From: Squalus acanthias
Lineage: Eukaryota
Direction: 5' to 3'
NCBI GenBank assembly: GCA_030390025.1
Contig: CM059432.1
Location: 112,036,001 to 112,100,000 of the forward strand
DNA: 64,000 bases
Shown here: positions 12,001-22,752 of the stretch, in pieces
Numbering within the stretch: position 1 is the stretch's first letter
Layout of the letters: the number at the start of each line of letters is the position of its first letter
Notes under the pieces: model-generated
The model's database searches: none
What the model was told of the DNA's origin: nothing
Seen by the model: the letters and a program-made list of their open reading frames with translations, nothing else
Program-made: the position numbers and the translations under genes

Positions 12001-15000
12001 CCTCTCCCCCTCCAATCCCCTCTCCTCTCCTCCCCCGATCCCCTCTCCTCTCCACCCCCGATCCCCTCTCCTCTCCTCCCCTGATCCCCTCTCCTCTCCT
12101 CCCCGATCCCCTCTCCTCTCCTCCTCCGATTCCCTCTCCTCTCCTCCCCTGATCTCCTCTCCTCTCCTCCCCCGATCCCCTCCCCTCTCCCCCTCCAATC
12201 CCCTCTCCTCTCCCCCTCCAATCCCCTCTCCTCTCCTCTCCCGATCCTCTCTCCTCTCCTCCCCCAACCCCCTCTCCTCTCCTCCCACGATCCTCTCTCC
12301 TCTACTCCTCCGATCCCCTCTCCTCTCCACCCCCGATCCCCTCTCCTCTCCTCCCCCGATCCCCTCTTCTCTCCCCCTCCGATCCCCTCTCTTCTCCTCC
12401 CCTGATCCCCTCTCCTCTCCTCTCCTCCTCCGATTCCCTCTCCTCTCCTCCTCTGATCTCCTCTCCTCTCCTCCCCCGATCCCCTCTCCTCTCCTCCCCT
12501 GATCCCCTCTCCTTTCCTCTCCTCCCCCGATCCCCTCTCCTCTCCCCCTCCGATCCCCTCTCCTCTCCTCCCCTGATCCCCTCTCCTCTCCCCCTCCGTT
12601 CCCCTCTCCGATCCCCTCCCCTCTCCTCCTCCGATTCCCTCTCCTCTCCTCCCCCAATCCCCGCTCCTCTCCTCCCCTGATCCCCTCTCCTCTCCCCCTC
12701 CGTTCCCCTCTCCGATCCCCTCCCCTCTCCTCCTCCGATTCCCTCTCCTCTCCCCCTCCAATCCCCTCTCCTCTCCTCCCCTGATCCCCTCTCCTCTCCT
12801 CCCCCGATCCCCTCTCCTCTGCCCCCTCTGATACCCTCTCCTCTCCTCCCACAATCCCCTCTCCTCTCCCCTCCGATTACCTCTCCTCTCCTCCCCGATC
12901 CCCTCTCCTCTCCCCCTCCAAACCCCTCTCCTCTCCTCCCCCGATCCCCTCCCCTCTCCTCCCCCAACCCCCTCTCCTCTCCTCCCACGATACTCTATCC
13001 TCTCCTCCTCCAATCCCCTCTCCTCTCCTCTATCTTCGGTCCCCTAACCTCTCATCCACCGATCCCCTCTCCTCTCCTCTATCTTCGGTCCCCTAACCTC
13101 TCATCCACCGATCCCCTCTCCTCTCCTCCCCAATCCCCTCTCCTCTCCTCTATCTTCGGTCCCCTAACCTCTCATCCACCGATCCCCTCTCCTCTCCTCT
13201 ATCTTCGGTCCCCTAACCTCTCAGCCACCGATCCCCTCTCCTCTCCTCCCCTGATCCCCTCTCCTCTCCTCCCCAATCCCCTCTCCTCTCCTCCTCCATT
13301 CCCCTCTCCTCTCCTCCCCTAATCCCCTCTCCTCTCCCCCTCCGTTCCCCTCTCCGATCCACTCTCCTCTCCTCCCCCAATCCCCGCTCCTCTCCTCCCA
13401 CGATCCCCTCTCATCTCCTTCTCCGATCCCCTCCCCTCTCCTCCTCCGATTCCCTCTCCTCTCCCCCTCCAATCCCCTCTCCTCTCCTCCCCTGATCTCC
13501 TCTCCTCTCCTCCTCCGATCCCCTCTCCTCTCCTCCCCCGATCCCCTCTCCTCTGCCCCCTCTGATACCCTCTCCTCTCCTCCCACAATCCCCTCTCCTC
13601 TCCCCTCCGATTACCTCTCCTCTCCTCCCCGATCCCCTCTCCTCTCCCCCTCCAATCCCCTATCCTCTCCTCCTCCAATCCCCTCTCCTCTCCCCTCCGA
13701 TTACCTCTCCTCTCCTCCCCCGATCCCCTCTCCTCTCCATCCCCGATCCACTCTCCTCTCCTCCCCGATCCCCTCCCCTCTCCTCCGCCGATCCCCTCCC
13801 CTCTCCTCCGCCGATCCCCTCCCCTCTCCTCCCCCGATCCCCTCCCCTCTCCCCCTCCAATCCCCTCTCCTCTCCTCCCCTGATCTCCTCTCCTCTCCTC
13901 CCCCGATCCCCTCTCCTCTCCCCCTCCGATCCCCTCTCTTCTCCTCCCCTGATCCCCTCTCCTCTCCTCCTCCCATCCCCTCTCCTCTCCTCCCCCGATC
14001 CCCTCTCCTCTCCTCTCCTCCCCGATACCCTCATTCTCTCCTTCCCCGATCCCCTCTCCTCTCCTCTCCGATTACCTCTCCTCTCCTCCCCGATCCCCTC
14101 TCCTCTCCCCCCTCGATCCCCTCTCCTCTCCCCCTCCAATCCCCTCTCCTCTCCCCCTCCAATCCCCTCTCCTCTCCTCCTCCGATCCCCTCTCCTCTCC
14201 TCTCTCGATCCTCTCTCCTCTCCTCCCCCAACCCCCTCTCCTCTCCCCCTCCAATCCCCTCTCCTCTCCTCTCTCGATCCTCTCTCCTCTCCTCCCCCAA
14301 CCCCCTCTCCTCTCCCCCTCCAATCCCCTCTCCTCTCCCCCTCCAATCCCCTATCCTCTCCTCCTCCGATCCCCTCTCCTCTCCTCCCCCGATCCCCTCT
14401 CCTCTCCTCCTCTGATCCCCTCTCCTCTCCATCCCCGATCCATTCTCCTCTCCTCTCCCGATCCCCTCTCCTCTCCTCCCCCAAACCCCTCTCCTCTCCT
14501 CCCACAATCCTCTCTCCTCTCCCCCTCCAATCCCCTCTCCTCTCCTCCCCCGCTCCCCTCTCCTCTCCACCCCGATCCCCTCTCCTCTCCTCCTCCGATC
14601 CCCTCTCCTCTCCTCCCCTGATCCCCTCTCCTATCCTCCTCCGATCCCCTTTCCTCTCCTCCCCCGATCTCCTCTCCCCCTCCCTCCACCGATCCCTCCT
14701 CTCCTCCCCGATCCCCTGTCCTCTCCTCCCCCGATCCCCTGTCCTCTCCTCCTCCAATCCCCTCTCCTCTCCTCCCCCTATCCCTTCTCCTCTCCTCCTC
14801 CGATCCCCGTCCTCTCCTCCCCCGATCTCCTTTCCCCCTCCCTCCGCCGATCTCCTCTCCTCTCCTCCCCCGATCCCCTGTCCTCTCCTCCCCCGATCCC
14901 CTGTCCTCACCTCCCCTGATCCCCTCTCCTCTCCTCCCTCGATCCCCTCTCCTCTCCTCTCCCGATTCCCTCTCCTCTCCTCCTCCAATCCCCTCTCCTC

Positions 15001-15133
15001 TCCACCCCCTATCCCTTCTGCTCTCCTCCTCCGATCCCCGTCCTCTCCTCCCCTGATCCCCTCTCCTCTCCTCCCCTGATCCCCTCTCCTCTCCTCCCCC
15101 GATCCCCTCTCCTCTCCTCCCCCGATCCCCTCT
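9040..15133. repeat. Polypyrimidine/polypurine minisatellite, ~23-bp unit CCGATCCCCTCTCCTCTCCTCCC, ~6.1 kb
   Basis: Direct reading of tandem units. A more degenerate, related precursor tract (ccgagttcctgaccttctccc) lies at ~8890-9040. There is an internal 2359-bp duplication. Confidence 0.95.
9478..9641 (-). pseudogene. CR1 ORF1 fragment (coiled-coil region after the zinc finger) embedded in the minisatellite
   Basis: Minus-strand translation ELLTDRISALELRMDTYWSIRDAEHIVDNTFRELVTPQVK aligns by eye with ORF1 at 55411 (LEELRLRVDELESEIQTLRHIREGERYLDTEFQEAVTPTR). Confidence 0.75.
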
Positions 15134-15844
15134 CATAGAAACAGAGGATAGGAGCAGGAGTAGGCCATTCGGCCCCTCGAGCCTGTTCCGCCATTTAATG
15201 AGATCATGGCTGATCATCCAAATTCGGTACCCTGTCCCTGCTTTTTCCCCATATCCCTTGATCCCTTTAGCCTTAAGAAATATATCTAACTCCTTCTTGA
15301 ATATATTTAATGAATTGGCCTCAGCTGCCTTGTGTGGTAGAGAATTCCACAGGTTTATCACTCTCTGGGTGAAGAAATAACTCCTCATCTCTGTCTTAAA
15401 TGGCTTACCCCTTATCCTTAGACTGTGACCCCTGGTTCTGGACTCCCCCGCCATCGGGAACATCCTTCCTGCATCTAGTCTGTCTAGTTCTGTTAGAATT
15501 TTATAAGTTTCAATGAGATCCCCTCTCATTCTTCTAAACTCTAGTGAATATAAGCCTAATCGACCCACTCTCTCCTCATACGTCATGCCTGCCATCCCAG
15601 GTATCAGTCTGGTGAATCTTCGCTGCACTCTCTCCATGGCAAGAACATCCTCCCTCAGATAAGGTGACCGAAACTGCACACAATACTCAAGGTGTGGTCT
15701 CACCAAGGCCCTGTACAACTGCAGCAAAACATCCTTGCTCCTGTACTCGAATCCTCTCGCTATGAAGGCCAACATACCATTTGCCTTCTTAACCGCCTGC
15801 TGCACCTGCATGCTTACCTTCAGCGACTGGTGCACAAGGACACC
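15134..15844 (-). mobile_element. 5'-truncated CR1 3' end (same subfamily as 44966-51630)
   Basis: Translation GVLVHQSLKVSMQVQQAVKKANGMLAFI...GYGEKAGTGY. The 3'UTR is nearly identical to 44990-45080, and the tail reads catagaaac on the + strand. Confidence 0.93.
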
Positions 15845-15847
15845 GAC

Positions 15848-15937
15848 CAGACAATCTGTTATAGTGATGTTGATTGAGGGATAAACATTGGCCAGGACAC
15901 CGGGGATAACTCCCCTGCTGTTCGAAATAGAGCCATG
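15848..15937 (-). mobile_element. SINE core fragment (Deu-domain-like)
   Basis: gatgttgattgagggataaacattggccaggacaccggggataactcccctgct resembles the SINE remnant at 3710-3790. Confidence 0.55.
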
Positions 15938-15944
15938 AAGACCC

Positions 15945-17660
15945 GACCACCGCCCCCCCACACTCGCAATGTCCACACTCGCACCCTCGCGATGTCCGAC
16001 CCCCCCACCCTCGCGATGTCCGACCCCCCCACCCTCGCGATGTCCACACTCGCGATGTCCGACCTCGCACCCTCACGATGTCCGACCCCCCACCCTCGTG
16101 AAGTCCGACGGCCCACCCTCGCGATTTCCAACCCCCCCCCACCCTCGCGATGTCCGACCCCCCATACCCTCGCGATGTCCGACCCCCCACACCCTCGCGA
16201 TGTCCGACCCCCCCACCCTCGCGATGTCCACACTCGCGATGTCCGACCTCGCACCCTCGCGATGTCCGACCGCCCCCACCCTCACGATGTCCGACCGCCC
16301 CCACCCTCACGATGTCCGACAACCCACCCTCGTGATGTCCGACCCCCCACCCTCACGATGTCCGACCACCCCCCACCCTCACGATGTCCGACCCCCAACC
16401 CTCGCGATGTCCGACCCCCCCCACCCTCACGATGTCCGACCCCCAACCCTCGCGAAGTCCGACACCCCCCCACCCTCACGATGTCCGACCCCCAACCCTC
16501 GCGAAGTCCGACCCCCCCCCACCCTCACGATGTCCGACCCCCCACCGTCGCGATGTCTGACCCCCCCCACACCCTCGCAATGTCTGACCCCCCATCCTCA
16601 CGATATCTGACCCCCACCCTCGCGATGTCAGACCCCCCACCCTCAGGATGTCTGACACCCCACCCTCGCGATGTCCGACTCCCCCCACCCTCGCTATGTC
16701 CAACTCCCCCCACCCTCGCTATGTCCGACTCCCCCCACCCTCGCGATGTCCGACCCTCCACCCTCGCGATGTCCGACCCTCCACCCTTGCGATGTCCGAC
16801 CCCCCACCCTCGCAATGTCCGACTCCCCCCACCCTTGTAATGTCCGACCCCCCACCCTCGCGATGTCCGACCCCCACCCTCGCGATGTCCGACCCCCCAC
16901 CCTCGCGATGTCCGACCCCCCCCACCCTCACGATGTCCGACCCCCCACCCTCGCGATGTCCGACCCCCCACCCTCGCGATGTCCGACCCCCCACCCTCGC
17001 GATGTCCGACCCTCCACCCTCACGATGTCCGACCCCCCACCCTCGCGATGTCCGACTCCCCCCACCCTTGTAATGTCCGTCCCCCCACCCTCGCGATGTC
17101 CGACCCCCCACCCTCGCGATGTCCGACCCCCCACCCTCGCGATGTCCGACCCCCCACCCTCGCGATGTCCGACCCTCCACCCTCGCGATGTCCGACCCTC
17201 CACCCTCGCGATGTCCGACCCCCCACCCTCGCGATGTCCGACCCCCCACCCTCGCGATGTCCGACCCCCCCCACCCTCACGATGTCCGACCCCCCATCCT
17301 CGCGATGTCCGACCCCCCCCACCCTCACGATGTCCGACCCCCCACCCTCGCGATGTCCGACCCCCCCCACCCTCACGATATCTGACCCCCCACCCTCGCG
17401 ATGTCCGACCCTCCACCCTCGCGATGTCCGACTCCCCCCCCACCCTCGCGATGTCCGACTCCCCCCCCACCCTCGCGATGTCCAATCCTCCACCCTCGCG
17501 ATGTCTGACCCACCAGCCTCGCGATGTCCGAACCCCCACCCTCGCGATGTCCGAACCCCCACCCTCGCGATGTCCGAACCCCCACCCTCGCGATGTCCGA
17601 ACCCCCACCCTCGCGGTGTCCGACCACGCACAATATCCGACCCCCCCCACACCCTCATCA
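15945..17660. repeat. CpG-rich minisatellite, ~23-bp unit GATGTCCGACCCCCCACCCTCGC (variable C-run), ~75 copies
   Basis: Direct reading of tandem units. Confidence 0.95.
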
Positions 17661-17875
17661 TGTCAGACTTTCCTGATATCCACTCCCCGGCTGCTTTCCA
17701 GCCCGACAGGCAGCCACCCTATCAATCTGTCTGGCTGTCGGGCGGGCGGGAAACCTGTTGAAAATATTTAAAAGATGTCCTGTCGTTAAATTTGGCAGGA
17801 CATATGGAAAACCCTTACTCCCGGGTTTCTCGTCCAAATATCCGAACCCCATTAACCTGATTAAATAGCGGGGCC
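17661..17875. mobile_element. Right arm of a MITE-like element
   Basis: Hairpin GCCCGACAG...CTGTCGGGC followed by GGGAAAC, matching the layout at 62025-62070. Ends in ...AATAGCGGGGCC, a GG/CC-type terminus. Confidence 0.5.
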
Positions 17876-18279
17876 AAAGAATCAGAAAAAAGAAAGAAAG
17901 ATAAGCAAATGAGTTTGAGCGGAAACTCGAGAAAAAAGAACTCTTCTCGAAACGGGCGCAATTTTGGGCGCAATTTGCACCCGGATCGCCGATTGCGCCC
18001 AGAGCGGAAACTCTACTCTAGTATTCTAAATGAGGCCCAGCCATGAAATGAAATTGTTTCATCACAGAAAAGAAGATGTTGAGGGATTGTAAGCAAACTA
18101 CTCATTTTTATTTTTAAATATAAGTTTATTTTTCAGTTTTGAACATGACCAAAAATATGTTGAAAACAGAAGCAGTTCCCCAAATGCTTTACTGCAAAAA
18201 CATGACAAGGTTGTCTAAGAGGGTGTATGAATATATAGAAAGAAAGACTTGCATTTATATAGTGCCTTTCACGAACACT

Positions 18280-18414
18280 GGCACCTCAGCAAAATGGCCA
18301 TTACTCATGCATGATCTTATAGTGTGCACAGGTTATTTATTTCTGGGTGGCACCACAGGTGACACTCAGCCCGATACTAACCTCATCCGGTGTTCAAACA
18401 TGCATAATTACATT
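18280..18414 (-). mobile_element. Probable 3' portion of the tRNA-derived SINE split by the satellite
   Basis: Non-repetitive sequence running directly into the first CAGGAG of the array. It resembles from recall the 3' part of the SINE whose head is at 60925-61062; not verified by alignment. Confidence 0.5.
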
Positions 18415-20634
18415 CAGGAGTGGAGACCTGGTCACTTATCACCTCTTTAACGCAGCAGTGGAGACCTGGCCAACTATCTCCTCTAACCCAGGGGGAGAGC
18501 TCTGGCCAATTATCTCGTCTCTAACCCAGCAGTGGAGTCCTGGCCAATTATCATTTCTCTATCCCTGGAGTGGAGTCCTGGCCAATTATCACCTATCTAA
18601 TCCAGGAGTGGAGGCCTGGCCAATTATCATCTGTCTAACCCAGGAGTGGAGACCCAGACAACTACCTCCTCTCTAACCCAGGAGTGGAGACCTGGCCAAT
18701 TATCAACTCGCTAACCCAGGAGTGGAGTCTTGGCCAATTATCATCTCTCTAACCCAGGAGTGGAGTCCTGGCCAATTATCTAGTCACTAACGCAGGAGTG
18801 GAGTCTTGGCCAATTGCCATCTCTCTAACCCAGGAGTGGAGTCCTGGCCAATTATCAACGCTCAAACCCAGCAGTGGAGTCCTGGCCAAATATGTCCTCT
18901 CGAACCCAGGAGTGGAGACCTGGCCAATTATCACCTATCTAAACCAGGAGTGGAGACCTGGCCAATTATCACCTATCTAAACCAGGTGTGGAGACCTGGC
19001 CAATTATCTCCTCTCTAACCCAGGTGTGGAGTCCTGGCCAATTATCTCCTCTCTAACCCAGGTGTGGAGTCCTGGCCAATTATCATCTCTCTAACCCAAG
19101 AGTGGAGACCTGCCCAATGAACTCCTCTCTTATCCAGGAGTGGAGTCCTGGCCAATTATCTCCTCTCTAACCCAGGAGTGGCGTCCTGGCCAATTAACTC
19201 CTCTCTAATCCAGGAGTGGAGACGTGGCCAAATATCTCCTCTCTAACCAAGGAGTGGAGTCCTGGCCAATTATCATCTCACTAGCCCAGGAGTGGAGACC
19301 AAGCCAATTAGCTCCTCCCTAACCCAGGAGTGGTGTCCTGGCCAATTAACTTCACTCTAATCCAGGAGTGGAGACGTGGCCAATTATCTCCTCTCTAACC
19401 CAGAAGTGGAGTCCTGGCCAATTATCTCCTCTCTAACCCAGAAGTGGAGTCCTGGCCAATTATCTCCTCTCTAACCCAGGAGTATAGACCAGGCCAAATA
19501 TCTCCTCTCTAACCAAGGAGTGGAGTCCTGGCCAATTATCATCTCTCTAACCCAGGAGTGGAGTCCTGGCCAATTATAATCTCTCGAACCCAGGAGTGGA
19601 GTCCGGGCCAATTATCTCCTCTCTAACCCAGGAATGGAGAACTCTCCAATTATCATCTCTCTAACCCAGGAGTGGAGTCCTGGACAATTATCTACTCTCT
19701 AACCCAGGAGTGGAGACGTCGCCAATTATCTCCTCTCTAAAACAGAAGTGGAGACCTGGCCAATTATCAACTCCCTAACTCAGGAGAGGAGTCCTGGCCA
19801 ATTATCAACTCTCGAACCCAGGAATGAAGACCTGGCCAATTATCATCTCTCTAACTCAGGAGAGGAGTCCTGGCCAATTACCTCCTCTCTAACCAAGGAG
19901 TGGAGTCCTGGCCAATTATCGCCACTCTCACCCAGGAGTAGGGTACTGGCCAATTACTTCCTCTCTAACCCAGGAGTGGAGACCTGGCCAATTATCATCT
20001 CTGTAACCCAGCAGTTGAGTCCTGGCCAATTATCATCTCTCTAACCCAAGAGTGGAGACCTGGCCAATTATCTCCTCTCGAACCCAGGAATGGACTCCTG
20101 GCGAATTATCACATCTCCATCCCAGGAGATGCAATCTGGCTAATTATTATCATCTCTCTAACTCAGGAGTGGAGATCTCGCCAATTATCATCTCTCTAAC
20201 CCAGGAGTGGATTCCTGGCCAATTATTATCTCTCTAACCCAGGAGTGGAGACCTGGCCAATTATCATCTCTCTAACCCAGCAGTGGAGTCCTGGCCAATT
20301 ATCACCTCTCTAACCCAGGAGAGGAGACATGGCCAATTATCTCCTCTCTTATCCAGGAGTAGAGTCCTGGCCAATTATCATCTCTCTAACCCAGGAGTGG
20401 AGACTTGGCCAATTATCTCCTCTCTAACCCAGGAGTGGAGTCCTGGCCAATTAACTCCTCTCTAACCCAGGAGTGGAGTCCTGGCCAATTAACTCCTCTC
20501 TTACCTAGGAGTGCTGTCTTTGCCAAATATCATCACTCTCACCCAGGATTGGAGACCTGGCCAATTATCATCTCTAACCCAGGAGTGGAGTCGTGCCCAA
20601 TTATCATCTCTCTAACCAAAGAGTGGTAACCTGG
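18415..20634 (+). repeat. 38-bp satellite, block 1 (consensus CCCAGGAGTGGAGTCCTGGCCAATTATC(A/T)(T/C)CTCTCTAA)
   Basis: Direct reading; period 38. Confidence 0.97.
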
Positions 20635-22752
20635 GTTCGGGACGCATTTCGTCGCCCGGATCCGACTTCTGTACGCCGCCGCGGAGTGTCTGATTAAGGT
20701 TAACGGGTCTTTGATGGCGCCCCTTCGCTTCGGGAGGGGGGTGCGTCAGGGATGCCCCATGTCCGGTCAGTTATACGCCGTTTGCGTGGAGCCTTTCCTG
20801 CGCCTCTTGCGGAAGAGGTTGACGGGACTGGCTCTGCAAGGGCCGGGCGTGGAGGTGGTCCTCTCGGCTTACGCCGATGACGTGCTCCTCGCGGTCACGG
20901 ATCCCGTCGACTTGCGGAGGATGCGAGATTGCCAGCAGATTTACTCGGACGCATCCTCCGCCAAGATCAACTGGGAGAAATGTTCTGGACTCCTGGTGGG
21001 CCCATGGCAGGTGGACTCCCTGCCGGAGGAGTTCAGGCCCTTCGCCTGGAGCACAACGCACCTCCTCTACCTGGGAGTCTACCTCAGCCTGGCCGAGGAC
21101 GCCTGGCCGGCGAACTGGCAAGAGCTGGAGGCCAAAGTCACCGCTCGCCTAGGGCGCTGGACGGGACTGCTCCGAGTGTTGTCCTACAGGGGTCGAGCGC
21201 TGGTCATAAACCAGCTGGTGGCCGCCATGTTGTGGTACCGGTTGGTCACTTTGATCCCTCCCCCTGCGTTTGTCGCCAAGATGCAGAAGAAGCTCGTCAA
21301 CTTCTTCTGGGACAAAAGGAGGCACTGGGTCTCTGCCGCGGTTCTGAGTCTCCCGCTTAGGGAGGGCGGTCAGGCGCTGGTGTGCCTTCGCACCCAGGCG
21401 GCGACTTTCCGTCTTCAGACGCTGCAGAGATACCTGTACGTGGAGAATCCTCCTAGGTGGCGTGCGCTGGCGACGTATTTCTTCCGCCAGCTGTACGGCC
21501 TCAATTACGACACGCAGCTCCTGTTTGTGAGAGTGGGCGGCACGCGTGCCAGCCTGCGGGAGCTGCCTGTCTTCTACCAGGAACTGCTATGGGTTTGGAA
21601 CAGAGTCGCCTCCAGGCGCAGTTCTCCCCCATCAGGAGCGGCGGCCGTCCTTCGGGAGCCGCTGCTCAGGAATCCGCACCTCCTCGACCGCGGGTTCGGT
21701 CGGCTGGCGGAGGGCAGGGCTGTGCCCGGTAAGGTGACTAGAGTCGGGGACCTGCTCGATGGCGGAGGAGCGGGCTGGATGGCGCCGGAGGAGTTGGCGA
21801 GGTGCATGGGTTGGATCAACGTCCGGCTCGCGGTCAAAGTCATCGAGTCGCTAAAAGTGGCATTGGGCCCCGACTCCACTAGGTGTATCGAGGAGGCTCA
21901 AGCACGTGGGGCGATCCCGTCCGAGCTGACCCCCGTTCGGACGGAATTCCTTATCAGCGCCCGGCCCCGAATCCTCCCTCGGGAGCCGCCGCCTCACCAC
22001 TTGAGCCTTCTCGGAGAAATGCCCTCCGTGCCCTTTCAATCCGCACGGAGGCGTTTCCTGTACGGGCTGCTCCTGCACACTCTCCACTTTGCCATCTTCG
22101 TCTGCCGTCCGGACACGCCTTGGCGTACCATCTTGCCGTCCGGCGGAGGCGAAGGTCCCCAATGGAGGGCTCTCTACGCGGGAGTCTTCCCTTGTTCTAT
22201 TGGGGACTTGGCCTGGAGGGTGTTGCACGGAGCAGTCCCGTGCAATAGATTGTTAAGTAGGTTTACGGACTCCCAGGCCGCTTGCCATTTCTGCGGCCTG
22301 GAGGAGTCCGTGTTTCACACATATGTTGAGTGTGAGAGGTTGCAGCCCCTCTTTCATTACTTGAAGGGGTTGCTCCTCAATTTCTGGTTGCACTTCAGCC
22401 CCACGCTCCTGATCTACGGTCACCCGGTGCGGAGGGGAGCGGGCAGGTCGGAGGACCTCCTCGTGGGACTGCTCCTGGGCCTGGCTAAGAAAGCCATTAA
22501 TTGGTCCAGGCAGCGGGCGGTCGAGGGGGTCGTTCGGCCTGATTGCCTGCCTCTCTTCCGCGGCCATGTTTGCGCCCGCTGGAGATGGAGCACGCGGTGT
22601 CCGCCGGCACGCTTGAGTTTTTCCGCGACCGGTGGGCGCCGCGGGGACTGGAGTGCATCGTCACCCCGGACTACCAAATTTTAATTTAATTTGTTAAGTT
22701 TCCTTTAAAGTTTTATTGAGTTACAGTTACGTTATTGGTTTATCAAAAGAGG
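20635..22752 (+). mobile_element. 5'-truncated Tx1/L1-clade non-LTR retrotransposon with TSD AAGAGTGGTAACC
   Basis: L1/Tx1-type RT motifs. 13-bp exact direct repeats at 20619-20631 and 22753-22765 (16 bp with one mismatch). GC/CpG-rich, in sharp contrast to the flanks. Confidence 0.92.
20636..22684 (+). pseudogene. Tx1/L1-type ORF2 C-terminal half: RT (RGVRQGCPMS, YADD, YLG) + C-terminal CxxC..H...C zinc knuckle
   Basis: The frame is open from 20636 (FGTHFVARIRLLY...) into the 657-aa ORF, with CHFCGLEESVFHTYVEC near the end. A probable frameshift near 22580 leaves LEMEHAVSAGTLEFFRDRW...ILI* in another frame. Confidence 0.88.

Noticed and set aside
15870..15915. Deu-type SINE core (GTCCTGGCCAAT on the minus strand) as the source of the 38-mer
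   Set aside because: It shares a 12-mer with the unit, but it is not at the array junctions. Continuity with the flanking SINE head and the CAGGA microhomology explain the unit better. Kept as an alternative until aligned.
14351..15976. 541-aa chimeric protein
   Set aside because: Chance read-through of a SINE fragment, a truncated CR1 3' end and the minisatellite.
8846..17771. Long Pro/Ser- or Gly/Glu/Arg-rich ORFs (up to 570 aa)
   Set aside because: They are open in several frames and on both strands because the low-complexity repeats lack stop codons.
17905..18020. Small GC-rich palindromic island (GGGCGCAAT...ATTGCGCCC)
   Set aside because: Probably a MITE end fragment, but no partner TIR or boundary could be defined.
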